From assembly GCA_038245295.1 (NCBI GenBank), contig JBBRSP010000017.1, positions 32,001 to 96,000 of the forward strand: 64,000 nt of DNA. Reading direction: 5' to 3'. Position numbers and translations under genes: made by a program. Of this stretch, positions 37,506 to 47,558 are shown one piece after another; the first letter of the stretch is position 1; each line of letters opens with the position of its first letter. The notes under the pieces were generated by a model. It did not search any database, was not told the origin of the DNA, and worked only from the letters and a program-made list of their open reading frames with translations. The DNA comes from Candidatus Binatia bacterium (lineage in GTDB: Bacteria; Desulfobacterota; Binatia; HRBIN30).

Positions 37506-37618
37506 AGAGTCCTCCTCCGGCTCGCTGCAGGGGCACGAGCCGACACAAACGATCACTACGTGGATAGGCGGCGGAGTATCTCTTCCTTGGCGTACTGAGG
37601 CAATAGGCCCACCGCGCC

Positions 37619-39388
37619 CTAGCGAGATTGTGTGCGCCCGACTGCCAGTGTGCCGGTAGCCGGCAACTCCGCACTGGCGCCAACCGCCGGCAAGTGGAAG
37701 GGGCCACCGCCGGCCTCCGTCCACGCAAACCAACGGTACTCTGGGCTTTCGAGGGGCGCGTGGAAACGGAAGGCGACCTGTTGCGGCCGTCCGTCTTCGG
37801 TGATGCGGCGGATCTCGGCTGTGAAGTCGGCACGCTCGATCTGCTCGCCAACCGTGAATGGCTGATCCGGACGGCGCAGAAGCTGTTCGACCGTGGTGCG
37901 GATGAACCCGCGTGCCGCGGTGATGACCAGGGTGTCGCCGCTTTCGCGCGCGACGTGGTTGTCGCTGAACATGGAGGTGAGCACGGCGACGCGCCGTGTC
38001 GTCAGAGCCGGAGTTTCCAGCGCCTGGACAATCGGCAGATAGCCGACGAGCTCGACGGCATTGACGAACACCATCGTTTGGTGAGGCGTGGCGCTGTCGA
38101 CCGGGGCGGTGGCGACGATGGCTTCTATCGGCGCATTGAAAACCGGCAGCGCGACGACGCGCACCACCAGAAGCAGCGCCGCGAGCGGGGCGTGCAGCAC
38201 GATCATTACTGTGGCCAAACGCGTGCCGGCCGCCGGCGTGGGCGCGTCGACGCGGCCCTCGCGGTTGAACAGCATCGCGAGTAAGGCGGCGACGCCAACG
38301 CCGGAGAAGGGCAACAGACGATCCATCGGAAACCCGGCGCAGAAGGGTACCAGTGCCAGCGACAGGCCGACCGCCCAGAAGCGCGCCTCGCGGCGGGCTC
38401 GCAACAACGGCAGCAGCCAGCGCAGCAGTTGGATGCATGCGGCGATTCCCAGCACCGTCAGGGCGATCTGCCCGACGCGGGGTAAGACGACGAAGAGATC
38501 ACTGGGGATCTTGAACCACTGAGCCAACTGCAGGATCGGCCAGCGGTCGGCGAGAGCCACGGCGAACTCGACGGGCCGGTGCGCCGGATCGATGTAGAGG
38601 CCGCTGCCGGTGGTGCCATACCCGAGGTGCTCGTAGAGCAGCCGCCACGCCACGAGGAGCACCGCATAGGGAAGCAGCGCCGCCAGCCGATGGTGTCGTG
38701 GTGAGGTGTCCATCGTCAGCTGCCACGCCGCCAAGTAGCCGACGGTTGCCAATCCAGCCTCGCTGCACGAGAGAGCGGCCGCAAAGAGGAGAGACGCGGC
38801 GGCGGCCCAGGCGCTGGAGCCGCTACTGCGCCAATGCCGATGTGCTTCAAGGGTGAGAACCGCCAGGACCAGAGCGATCAGCACGTGGCGGTTGGCGAGC
38901 CAACCGACGGACATGGAGTGTGCGTCGTCGACCGCGAAGAATAGAGCGGCCAATCCGGCTACCGCTGTGGCGCCGTGCAGCCGGCGATAGAACCGGGCAA
39001 CCACGAAGATGGCGAGGCCGTACCATAGGACGCTCTGCAGATGTTGGAGCGGAAAGTTGTCCGGCCACAACGCATAGTCGAGCATGTGGGACAGAGCGGT
39101 GAGCGGACGTAGAAACGCCAGGGTGATCTGCGGATCCGCCCACCACGTCAACAACCCGGTCGGCAAAATCGCGGCGCGGCGCGGGCCGTTGGGTATGAAC
39201 GCGAAAAGGTCCCACAGTGGTCGAGCCCCTTTACCGATCGAACCGCTGCCCTGCAGAATGGCACGCTGGAAGTAATCGTCGATGATCAAGCCGGTACCCA
39301 ATGCCGGTAGCGTCAGCATCATTCCGAGCAGCGCGGCTGTGATCGGTGTCCAGGGGCGCGCGAGTTGGTCGAACAGACGTTGGAGCAT
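37619..39388 (-). CDS. Polytopic membrane protein (possible GT-C glycosyltransferase-like)
   Basis: DDY in the first loop, FLRPL, WLANR, many TM segments, soluble C-terminal region. Confidence 0.6.
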   Translation of the reverse strand: MLQRLFDQLARPWTPITAALLGMMLTLPALGTGLIIDDYFQRAILQGSGSIGKGARPLWDLFAFIPNGPRRAAILPTGLLTWWADPQITLAFLRPLTALSHMLDYALWPDNFPLQHLQSVLWYGLAIFVVARFYRRLHGATAVAGLAALFFAVDDAHSMSVGWLANRHVLIALVLAVLTLEAHRHWRSSGSSAWAAAASLLFAAALSCSEAGLATVGYLAAWQLTMDTSPRHHRLAALLPYAVLLVAWRLLYEHLGYGTTGSGLYIDPAHRPVEFAVALADRWPILQLAQWFKIPSDLFVVLPRVGQIALTVLGIAACIQLLRWLLPLLRARREARFWAVGLSLALVPFCAGFPMDRLLPFSGVGVAALLAMLFNREGRVDAPTPAAGTRLATVMIVLHAPLAALLLVVRVVALPVFNAPIEAIVATAPVDSATPHQTMVFVNAVELVGYLPIVQALETPALTTRRVAVLTSMFSDNHVARESGDTLVITAARGFIRTTVEQLLRRPDQPFTVGEQIERADFTAEIRRITEDGRPQQVAFRFHAPLESPEYRWFAWTEAGGGPFHLPAVGASAELPATGTLAVGRTQSR

Positions 39389-39651
39389 TGTGCAGCCAAA
39401 TCAGAGTTGCTCGTGGGAAAGCAACGGCGCTCGGGTGCTCTGTCACTTTCATTTGGAATTCTCGAAGAATGAGCTGTTGCGAAACCGCGGCGCCACTCTC
39501 AAAGGCGTAAGTGGGCGTGGGCTGCCCCCCCACAAGTGAATGGTCCACGTCTACCGCCGGCCTTGGTCCCCCCGGGGCCGGCGGTCCTCCCTCGGGCACT
39601 TCACGCTCCTATGCGATTCTGGTAACCGGACTACCCACGAAGCCACACCCT

Positions 39652-40716
39652 ATGGAAGTGCCCACCGAATCCACCACATCGTCGCCGCGCGGCGAGTTCG
39701 CCGACGCGCTCGCGCGGCTACGTATTCCGCCGTTTTATGCCGAGCCGCGCGCCGAATGGAGCGCTCTGCGCGGCAACGCCGGGTTGATCGACGGGCATTG
39801 TGCCGATCTGCTGCGTCTCAACGGTGGCGATCGCGCCACCTTCCTGCAGGGCATGATCACCAATGACATTCTGAAGACGCCGGTCGGCGCCGGTGTCTAT
39901 GCGGCGCTGCTGACGATCCAGGGGCGCATCGTCTCTGATATGCGTGTGCTTCAACTGGCCGACGAGATCTGGCTCGACCTTCCCCCGGGCGCCGCACCGA
40001 TCGTTCGCGCCGCCCTGGAAAAGTACATCATCGCCGACGATGTCGAGTTTGCCGAAGACGAAGCCTGGCGGCCGCTGCTGAGTATCGAGGGACCTAAGGC
40101 GGCGCGTGTTGTGGTCGCGGTTCTCGGGGAAAGCTTCGATGATTTGGCGCCGCTCGCACACCGCGAAGGTTTGTTCGAAGGTCACGTCGTGCGCGTCGTC
40201 GCCGCCGCGCGCAGCGGTGCCGCCGGGTTCGTTGTCTTTGGCGCGCCGGAGATGCGCGGCGACCTGTGGGCACGCTGTTGCGCCGCCGGAGCGGATCCGG
40301 TCGGTGCCGAAGCGCTCAACGTCTTGCGTATCGAAGCCGGCATTCCGTGGCTCGGCGTCGACATCGACGACTCGGTTCTCAGCGGCGAAGCGGAGATTGA
40401 AACGGCGATCAGCTTCCGCAAGGGCTGCTACCTCGGCCAGGAAGTCGTCGAACGCGTTGCGGCGCGAGGGCAGGTACAACGCAAGCGTGTTGGGCTGCGC
40501 TTTGGCGGCTCTGACGTTCCGGCGCGTGACTCGAAGCTATTTGCGGCCGACAAGGAAGTGGGTCGCGTGACCAGTGCCGTCTTCTCCTTCGCAGCCGAAG
40601 CGGTGATCGGCATGGGCTACGTGCGGCGCGAGGCCTGGGAGCCGGGGACGGCACTGCGCTGTGAGTCGGTCGCCCGGGCAATTGACGCAACGGTGGCACC
40701 TCTAAGACTAACCTGA
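39652..40716 (+). CDS. ygfZ: YgfZ/GcvT-family folate-binding protein
   Basis: GGDRATFLQGMITND, LRIEAG, KGCYLGQE signature, GRVTS. Confidence 0.88.
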   Translation: MEVPTESTTSSPRGEFADALARLRIPPFYAEPRAEWSALRGNAGLIDGHCADLLRLNGGDRATFLQGMITNDILKTPVGAGVYAALLTIQGRIVSDMRVLQLADEIWLDLPPGAAPIVRAALEKYIIADDVEFAEDEAWRPLLSIEGPKAARVVVAVLGESFDDLAPLAHREGLFEGHVVRVVAAARSGAAGFVVFGAPEMRGDLWARCCAAGADPVGAEALNVLRIEAGIPWLGVDIDDSVLSGEAEIETAISFRKGCYLGQEVVERVAARGQVQRKRVGLRFGGSDVPARDSKLFAADKEVGRVTSAVFSFAAEAVIGMGYVRREAWEPGTALRCESVARAIDATVAPLRLT

Positions 40717-40846
40717 CTGCGACGCAGTCAGACGCAGTCCGACCGGTCCGACGGATCCATCACTGCGGCGATATTCCGGGGGCGCCGGAGGGGTTTGTAT
40801 CGCGGCCTTGAAAAGTCTAGTTGCCAGCGACACGAGGAGGAGGAAC

Positions 40847-40990
40847 ATGCCGAATCAGTTGGGTAAGCGTTACATCTGTGATGCCTGCGGCACGGAAGCG
40901 CTGTGCAACAAGCCGGGCGCCGGCACCATTGAGTGTTGCGGCGCCGAAATGAAGCTGAAGGAAGCCAAGCCGGTTCCGTCGAGCGACTGA
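40847..40990 (+). CDS. Desulforedoxin-like mini-protein 1 (47 aa) with C-terminal KPVPSSD tail
   Basis: MPNQLGKRYICDACGTEALCNKPGAGTIECCGAEMKLKEAKPVPSSD; CxxC-x15-CC; GAGGAGGAGG RBS. Confidence 0.85.
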   Translation: MPNQLGKRYICDACGTEALCNKPGAGTIECCGAEMKLKEAKPVPSSD

Positions 40991-40994
40991 GCCC

Positions 40995-41714
40995 GTGTCG
41001 GCGGTTCTGTACGACAAGCGCGGTGCCGTCGGCATCGTCACCCTGAATCGCCCGGACAGCCTGAATGCCTACGACGTCGCGATGCGCGACGCCCTGCACG
41101 AGGCGTTGTGCGCCGTGCGCGACGACGACGAAGTCCGTTGCGCCATTCTTCAGGGCAACGGCGCGGCATTTTGCACGGGCGGTGACGTGCGCGAGTTCGG
41201 CACCGCACCCTCGCCGACGGTTGCTCGCCAGGCGCGCTGGCGGCGTGATAACTGGGGCCTCATGCGGCGCTTGTCGAAGCCGTTGATCGCCGCTGTTCAC
41301 GGCTACGCCGCCGGCGGTGGCTTTGAGATGGCGCTGTTGTGCGACCTTTGTATCGCATCACCCGACGCGACCTTCTGGTACCCGGAGACGGCACTCGGGA
41401 TGATCCCCGGTGTTGCCGGAACACAGACGACGACGCGCCAGCTCGGCCAGGCGAGAGCACTGGAATTGATCCTGACCGGGCGCCGTCTGAACGCCACCGA
41501 GGCGCTGTCCTGGGGTGTGATCACCCGTGTCGTACCGCGCCGCCGTCTGCGTCACGCGGCGCTGCAGCTGGCAGGGCGCCTCTCGATCTTGCCAAGACAA
41601 CTGGCCGCGGCGACCAAGCGTGCGGTGGACGAAGGTATGGACGTCGATCTTTCGACGGGGCTGCGGCTCGAACGTCGACTGGGTGCGTTGGTGGAACAGA
41701 GGAGTAGAGCGTGA
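40995..41714 (+). CDS. Enoyl-CoA hydratase/isomerase-family protein
   Basis: TLNRP, FCTGGD, GGGFE, PE...GMIPG; C-terminally short. Confidence 0.9.
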   Translation: MSAVLYDKRGAVGIVTLNRPDSLNAYDVAMRDALHEALCAVRDDDEVRCAILQGNGAAFCTGGDVREFGTAPSPTVARQARWRRDNWGLMRRLSKPLIAAVHGYAAGGGFEMALLCDLCIASPDATFWYPETALGMIPGVAGTQTTTRQLGQARALELILTGRRLNATEALSWGVITRVVPRRRLRHAALQLAGRLSILPRQLAAATKRAVDEGMDVDLSTGLRLERRLGALVEQRSRA

Positions 41715-43273
41715 ACACTTCCAATTTTCTCAGCATCCCCGCTTCCATGTTCGATGAGCAGGAGATGATTGTCTTCGATGAGGCGCGCTTGACCTACGGA
41801 CAACTTTGGTCCGAGGTGCAACAGCTCGCCAACGCCCTGCGCAGCCTCGGTGTCGGCACAGGGGATACTGTCGCGGTGCTGCAAACGAACTCGCATCGCT
41901 TCGTGCAGGCCTACTATGCCGCTGCCTTGATGGGGGCTGTGTTCTTGCCCGTGAACTATCGCGCCAAGCTTCCCGAGCTCGAGTACATGCTCAATGCCGC
42001 CAACACCAAGGTCCTGCTGCTCGGCGATCGCTACCTCGGCGCGATTCAAGAGCTACGCCCGAAGCTGACGACGATTCAGCACTACATCACGCTGGAGAGC
42101 CCGCATGCCGATGCCAGACACGTCGACGAGATTCTTGCTGGGCAAGCGAGCGAATTCGAGCCCGTCGAAGTCGAAGACGAAGACACGACAATCCTCATGT
42201 ACACCAGCGGCACCACGGCTCTGCCGAAACAGGTGCTGCTGACGCACAACGACTTCACCGCTTACGTTACCGCCAACGTCGAGATGGCCGACGGTACGCC
42301 GCGCGGCACCTCACTCATCTGTGTGCCGCTATACCACATCGCCGGCGCCACCAACGTGATGTCCAACATGTGGTCCGGTCGCAAGATGGTGCTGCTGCGC
42401 CAGTTCGATACGCTCGAGTGGCTGCAGGCGGTCGAGCGCGAACGGGTCACCCACGCCTTCCTGGTGCCGACAATGGTCAAGCAACTCCTTGATCATCCCG
42501 ACTTCGCCAAGTTCGATCTGAGCAGCCTGCAGAATCTCTCCTACGGCGGTGCCGCCATGCCGTTCCCGGTGATCCGGCGCGCCATCGAGATGTTCCCGAA
42601 GACCGTCGGCTTCGTGAACGCCTTTGGGCAAACCGAAACGACCTCGACGCTGACCGTCCTCGGCCCTGACGATCATCGGCTCGATGGCACACCGGCGGAA
42701 GTCGAAGTGCGACTCAAGCGCCTGAAGTCGATCGGCCTGCCGCTGCCCGATGTTGAGCTCAAGGTTGTCGACGATGACGGCAACGACGTTGCGCCGGGCG
42801 CGGTGGGCGAGCTGTGGGTGCGCACACCGCGCGTCATGAAGGGCTACGGCTCGGCCGGTGGCACAACTTCACCGCTGGTGCAGGACGGTTGGCTGCCGAC
42901 ACGCGACATGGGCTGGATTGACGAAGACGGCTACGCCTTCCTGGCGGGGCGCAAAGACGACATGATCATCCGCGGCGGCGAGAACATCGCTCCGGCGGAG
43001 GTCGAAGCGGTGCTCTATTCGCATCCCGGGGTCGACGAGGCGGCGGTCATCGGCATCCCGGATGTCGAGTGGGGCCAACGGGTCGCCGCCGTCGTCGCAC
43101 CGCGACCGGGTGTGACTCTCACCGAGGCGGAGATCATCAGCTTCTGCCAGCAGCGCCTGGCGAGCTTCAAGAAGCCGGAGGTCGTGCGCTTCATGGAGTC
43201 GTTGCCGAAGAACCAAATGGGCAAGGTCCTGAAAAAGGATTTGCGCGCCGAATTTGGGGGCGCGGCGGCGTGA
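41711..43273 (+). CDS. AMP-forming acyl-CoA ligase (ANL superfamily)
   Basis: YTSGTTALPK, FGQTE, GELW, GRKDDMIIRGGENI, LPKNQMGKVLK. Confidence 0.92.
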   Translation: MNTSNFLSIPASMFDEQEMIVFDEARLTYGQLWSEVQQLANALRSLGVGTGDTVAVLQTNSHRFVQAYYAAALMGAVFLPVNYRAKLPELEYMLNAANTKVLLLGDRYLGAIQELRPKLTTIQHYITLESPHADARHVDEILAGQASEFEPVEVEDEDTTILMYTSGTTALPKQVLLTHNDFTAYVTANVEMADGTPRGTSLICVPLYHIAGATNVMSNMWSGRKMVLLRQFDTLEWLQAVERERVTHAFLVPTMVKQLLDHPDFAKFDLSSLQNLSYGGAAMPFPVIRRAIEMFPKTVGFVNAFGQTETTSTLTVLGPDDHRLDGTPAEVEVRLKRLKSIGLPLPDVELKVVDDDGNDVAPGAVGELWVRTPRVMKGYGSAGGTTSPLVQDGWLPTRDMGWIDEDGYAFLAGRKDDMIIRGGENIAPAEVEAVLYSHPGVDEAAVIGIPDVEWGQRVAAVVAPRPGVTLTEAEIISFCQQRLASFKKPEVVRFMESLPKNQMGKVLKKDLRAEFGGAAA

Positions 43274-44013
43274 AACGCCGGTCCGCGCCGCTGCATGTCG
43301 CCATCGATGCCACTGGCGTGGCCAGGGTCACCTTTGCCGTGCCTCGCCTCGACGAGTCGCTCGCGGCGGCCTTGTGTGATGCGGCATTGGAGCTCGAAGC
43401 GGATGCGGCCGTGCGCGTCGTCACTCTGTCGGGAAGCGGAGCGGATTTCTGCGTCGGTGCACCGTCCCACGCACCGTGGTTGCAACGGCTCGACTGTGTG
43501 CGCGCCTTCGGGGCCGTGTCGAAGCCGATCATCGCCGCGTTGCACGGCAAGGTCATCGGCGAAGGGTGCGAGCTGGCGTTGGCGTGTGATCTGCGAATCG
43601 CCGCGAGCAATGTGACCTTGGCGATGCCACAGGTGGCCCGTGGCTATCTGCCGCGCTGCGGCGCAACGCAGCGGCTGCCAAGGTTGATCGGACGCATGCG
43701 TAGTCTCGAGTTGCTGCTGAGCGGACGCCCTGTCGCGGCGAAGGAAGCGTTGACGATCGGCCTGGTGACTCAGGTGCAACCGTTGTCGCGGCTCGACTCG
43801 GCATTGCGGCGGATGGCGGCGGAGCTGTCGCGTAAAGGTCCGCTTGCCTTGCGCTATGCGAAGGAAGCGATAGGGAAGGGCGCCGACATGACATTCGAGC
43901 AGGGGATGCGGTTGGAAGAAGATCTGTACGTGTTACTGCAGACGACCGAGGATCGACGCGAAGGCATCGACGCGTTTTTGCAGAAGCGGTCGCCGCGGTT
44001 TGTTGGGCGCTAG
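43270..44013 (+). CDS. Enoyl-CoA hydratase-like protein with degenerate active site
   Basis: KPIIAA, GEGCELALACD, PQ in place of PE, EDRREGIDAFLQKRSPRF; GTGA coupling to the ligase. Confidence 0.85.
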   Translation: MKRRSAPLHVAIDATGVARVTFAVPRLDESLAAALCDAALELEADAAVRVVTLSGSGADFCVGAPSHAPWLQRLDCVRAFGAVSKPIIAALHGKVIGEGCELALACDLRIAASNVTLAMPQVARGYLPRCGATQRLPRLIGRMRSLELLLSGRPVAAKEALTIGLVTQVQPLSRLDSALRRMAAELSRKGPLALRYAKEAIGKGADMTFEQGMRLEEDLYVLLQTTEDRREGIDAFLQKRSPRFVGR

Positions 44014-44039
44014 GGAAGAACGAAACCAGGGAGGGTGAG

Positions 44040-44159
44040 ATGGCAAACCAGTTGGGCAAAATGTACCTGTGCAGCAAGTGCAGCTCGCAAGTGATCGTCA
44101 CCAAGGGCGGCAATGGCACGCTCAAGTGTTGTAGTCAGGACATGGAGCAGAAGAAGTAG
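44040..44159 (+). CDS. Desulforedoxin-like mini-protein 2 (39 aa, not in ORF track)
   Basis: MANQLGKMYLCSKCSSQVIVTKGGNGTLKCCSQDMEQKK; CxxC-x15-CC; GGAGGG RBS; paralog of 40847..40990. Confidence 0.85.
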   Translation: MANQLGKMYLCSKCSSQVIVTKGGNGTLKCCSQDMEQKK

Positions 44160-44163
44160 GCCG

Positions 44164-44970
44164 ATGCTCTCACACGCACAGGTCGCCGAGCATGCCGACC
44201 GTGTCGGGCGCGATGGCTACACGATCGTCGAGAACGCCATCGAGCCCGAGATGATCGACGCCATCGCCGAGGATCTGCTGCGCCTCGAGCACAAACACAA
44301 CATCCGGCCGGCGAACAACCCGTTCGAAGGGAACAAGACGGTTCGGATCTACAACTTGCTGGTCTTCGGCGAGCTGTACGAACGCATCCCGGTGCACGAG
44401 AATGTGTTGCCGGTAGTCGAGAGTGTGCTCGACCCTGGCTGTCTCATTTCATCGCTTTCGTCGATCTCTATCTGTGCCGAGGAGCGGGCTCAGCCGATCC
44501 ATGCCGACGATCAGTTGATCCCGCTGCCGCGTCCGCATCCGCCGTTGGTTTGCAACAGCATGTGGGCACTCACCGACTTCACAGAAGAGAATGGAGCCAC
44601 CCGTCTGGTTCCCGGCTCGCACAAGCTGGATCACGCGCCCGACTATTCGAAGCGCATCGAGACGATTCCTGCCGCGATGGCGAAGGGCAGCGTGCTGGTG
44701 TGGAACGGCAGCCTGTGGCACGGCGGCGGCGCCAACAAAACCGCCGAGCGGCGTGTCGGGATCGCCATGAACTACTGCGCCGGCTACATGCGCCAGCAGG
44801 AAAATCAGCAGCTTGGCATTCCGCGCGACATCGCCAAAGGATTCTCGCCGCGCCTGCGCGAGCTCGTCGGCTATGGCGTCTACAACGGCCTCATTGGACA
44901 CATCAACAAGAAGAGCCCGGTCGGCTTGCTCGACGGGGACGGCGAGCAGCGGCTTACTTGGGATGTCTGA
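44164..44970 (+). CDS. Phytanoyl-CoA dioxygenase (PhyH)-family Fe/2OG oxygenase
   Basis: DGY, QPIHAD (HxD), NGATRLVPGSH, LWHGGG, distal Arg. Confidence 0.9.
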   Translation: MLSHAQVAEHADRVGRDGYTIVENAIEPEMIDAIAEDLLRLEHKHNIRPANNPFEGNKTVRIYNLLVFGELYERIPVHENVLPVVESVLDPGCLISSLSSISICAEERAQPIHADDQLIPLPRPHPPLVCNSMWALTDFTEENGATRLVPGSHKLDHAPDYSKRIETIPAAMAKGSVLVWNGSLWHGGGANKTAERRVGIAMNYCAGYMRQQENQQLGIPRDIAKGFSPRLRELVGYGVYNGLIGHINKKSPVGLLDGDGEQRLTWDV

Positions 44971-44975
44971 TGGCA

Positions 44976-45055
44976 CCGCAGGCTGAAGCCTGCGCCTACC
45001 ACGTTGAAGTATACAGCCCGAATGTAAGCCGGTAGACGCAAGCTTTAGCTTGCGG
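44976..45055. repeat. GTAG-type REP doublet
   Basis: Second REP reads CGCAAGCT-TT-AGCTTGCG, a compensatory stem change. Confidence 0.82.
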
Positions 45056-45133
45056 TGATGGTCCGTCCGACCCGATGCGCCGAGCCGTCTCGCGTTTGGC
45101 ATCGGCGAGCATCGTCGCTATGAGCCGACGCGG

Positions 45134-46528
<1,395 letters not shown>

Positions 46529-46537
46529 CGCAGCAAC

Positions 46538-46609
46538 CCTTAGCCTTAGCCTTAGCCTTAGCCTTAGCCTTAGCCTTAGCCCGAGCCCTAGCCTGCGCCT
46601 TTGCCTAGG
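46538..46609. repeat. Hexanucleotide microsatellite (CCTTAG)7 plus degenerate units
   Basis: Seven perfect units at 46538-46579, then CCCGAG CCCTAG CCTGCG CCTTTG CCTAGG. Confidence 0.95.
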
Positions 46610-46742
46610 CCCGCGTCGCTGCGATGCGACCGATGCGACGGTCCGACGGATGCGACGGATCGCCCATTGGGGCACTCTGATTGACTGAGCGTTACCCCTG
46701 GGGTTTTACGCCGAAGACCAAGACACTCAGAAGGAGGTCCAC

Positions 46743-47390
46743 ATGCCCACTGTACTCGGAGCCGGTGTTTCACCGTTTGTGCGTAAGGTTCGCGTCGCGT
46801 TGGCGGAGAAGGGGATTGCTTACGAGCATGATCCGGTGATTCCGTTCGGCGCGCCGCCGGAGTTCAGGAAGATCAGCCCGCTTGGGAAGATCCCCGCCTA
46901 TCGCGATGGCGACAAAGAGCTGTGCGACTCGTCGGTCATCTGCGCCTATCTCGAGAAGACACACCCATCGCCATCGCTCTATCCGTCCGATGCCTACGAC
47001 TACGCTCGCGCCTTGTGGTTCGAGGAGTATGCCGACGGCGGCATGGTGAGCGTCGTCGGTCCGAAGATCTTCATGCAGAAGGTGCTCAATCCGTTGTTCT
47101 TCCAGAAGGCGACGGATGAGGCGGTCGTCAAGAAAGCCGTCGAGGAAGAGTTGCCGGTGTTCTTCGACTATCTCGAAAGCCAGTTGGGCACCGCGCCGTT
47201 TCTGGTCGGCAATCAGTTCAGCATCGGCGACATTGGCGTCGGCTCGCAGTTCGTGAATCTCAAGCACGCTGGCGTGTCGGTGGACGCCAAACGCTGGCCC
47301 AAGCTGGCGAAGTACGTTGCCGGGCTGTTCGCGCGACCGTCGTTCAAGGCGTTGATCGACGAAGAGTCGGCGCAATTCGGCGGAGCCTAG
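46743..47390 (+). CDS. Glutathione S-transferase
   Basis: SPFVRKV, SPLGKIP, DSSVICAYLE, FSIGDI. Confidence 0.93.
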   Translation: MPTVLGAGVSPFVRKVRVALAEKGIAYEHDPVIPFGAPPEFRKISPLGKIPAYRDGDKELCDSSVICAYLEKTHPSPSLYPSDAYDYARALWFEEYADGGMVSVVGPKIFMQKVLNPLFFQKATDEAVVKKAVEEELPVFFDYLESQLGTAPFLVGNQFSIGDIGVGSQFVNLKHAGVSVDAKRWPKLAKYVAGLFARPSFKALIDEESAQFGGA

Positions 47391-47393
47391 ACT

Positions 47394-47487
47394 CCGCACG
47401 CTGAAGCTTGCGCCTACCTCGCTCGGGCAGCACGTCGTTCCTGACACCCACCGTGTGCGAGTTGGTAGGCGCAGGCTTCAGCCTGCG
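47394..47487. repeat. GTAG-type REP doublet
   Basis: Begins just after the GST stop; same consensus as 9451. Confidence 0.8.
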
Positions 47488-47558
47488 ATGGAATGCCGGG
47501 CGGCGGCCATTGAATCCAGTGGGTAGCGCGCTTCGCGAGAAGGAAATAAAGAGGGGGC

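Noticed and set aside
37506..38438. N-terminal 311 aa of the 1118-aa ORF
   Set aside because: Arg-rich off-frame overlap of the 37619..39388 gene; a good RBS, GTG and signal peptide lie at 37505.
40847..44159. Mini-proteins as RiPP precursors or superoxide reductase fragments
   Set aside because: No RiPP maturase or SOR catalytic domain nearby; the Cys spacing fits a folded metal site.
46538..46579. Telomere-like repeat
   Set aside because: CCTTAG/CTAAGG is not a rotation of TTAGGG or TTAGGC; it is an internal bacterial microsatellite.
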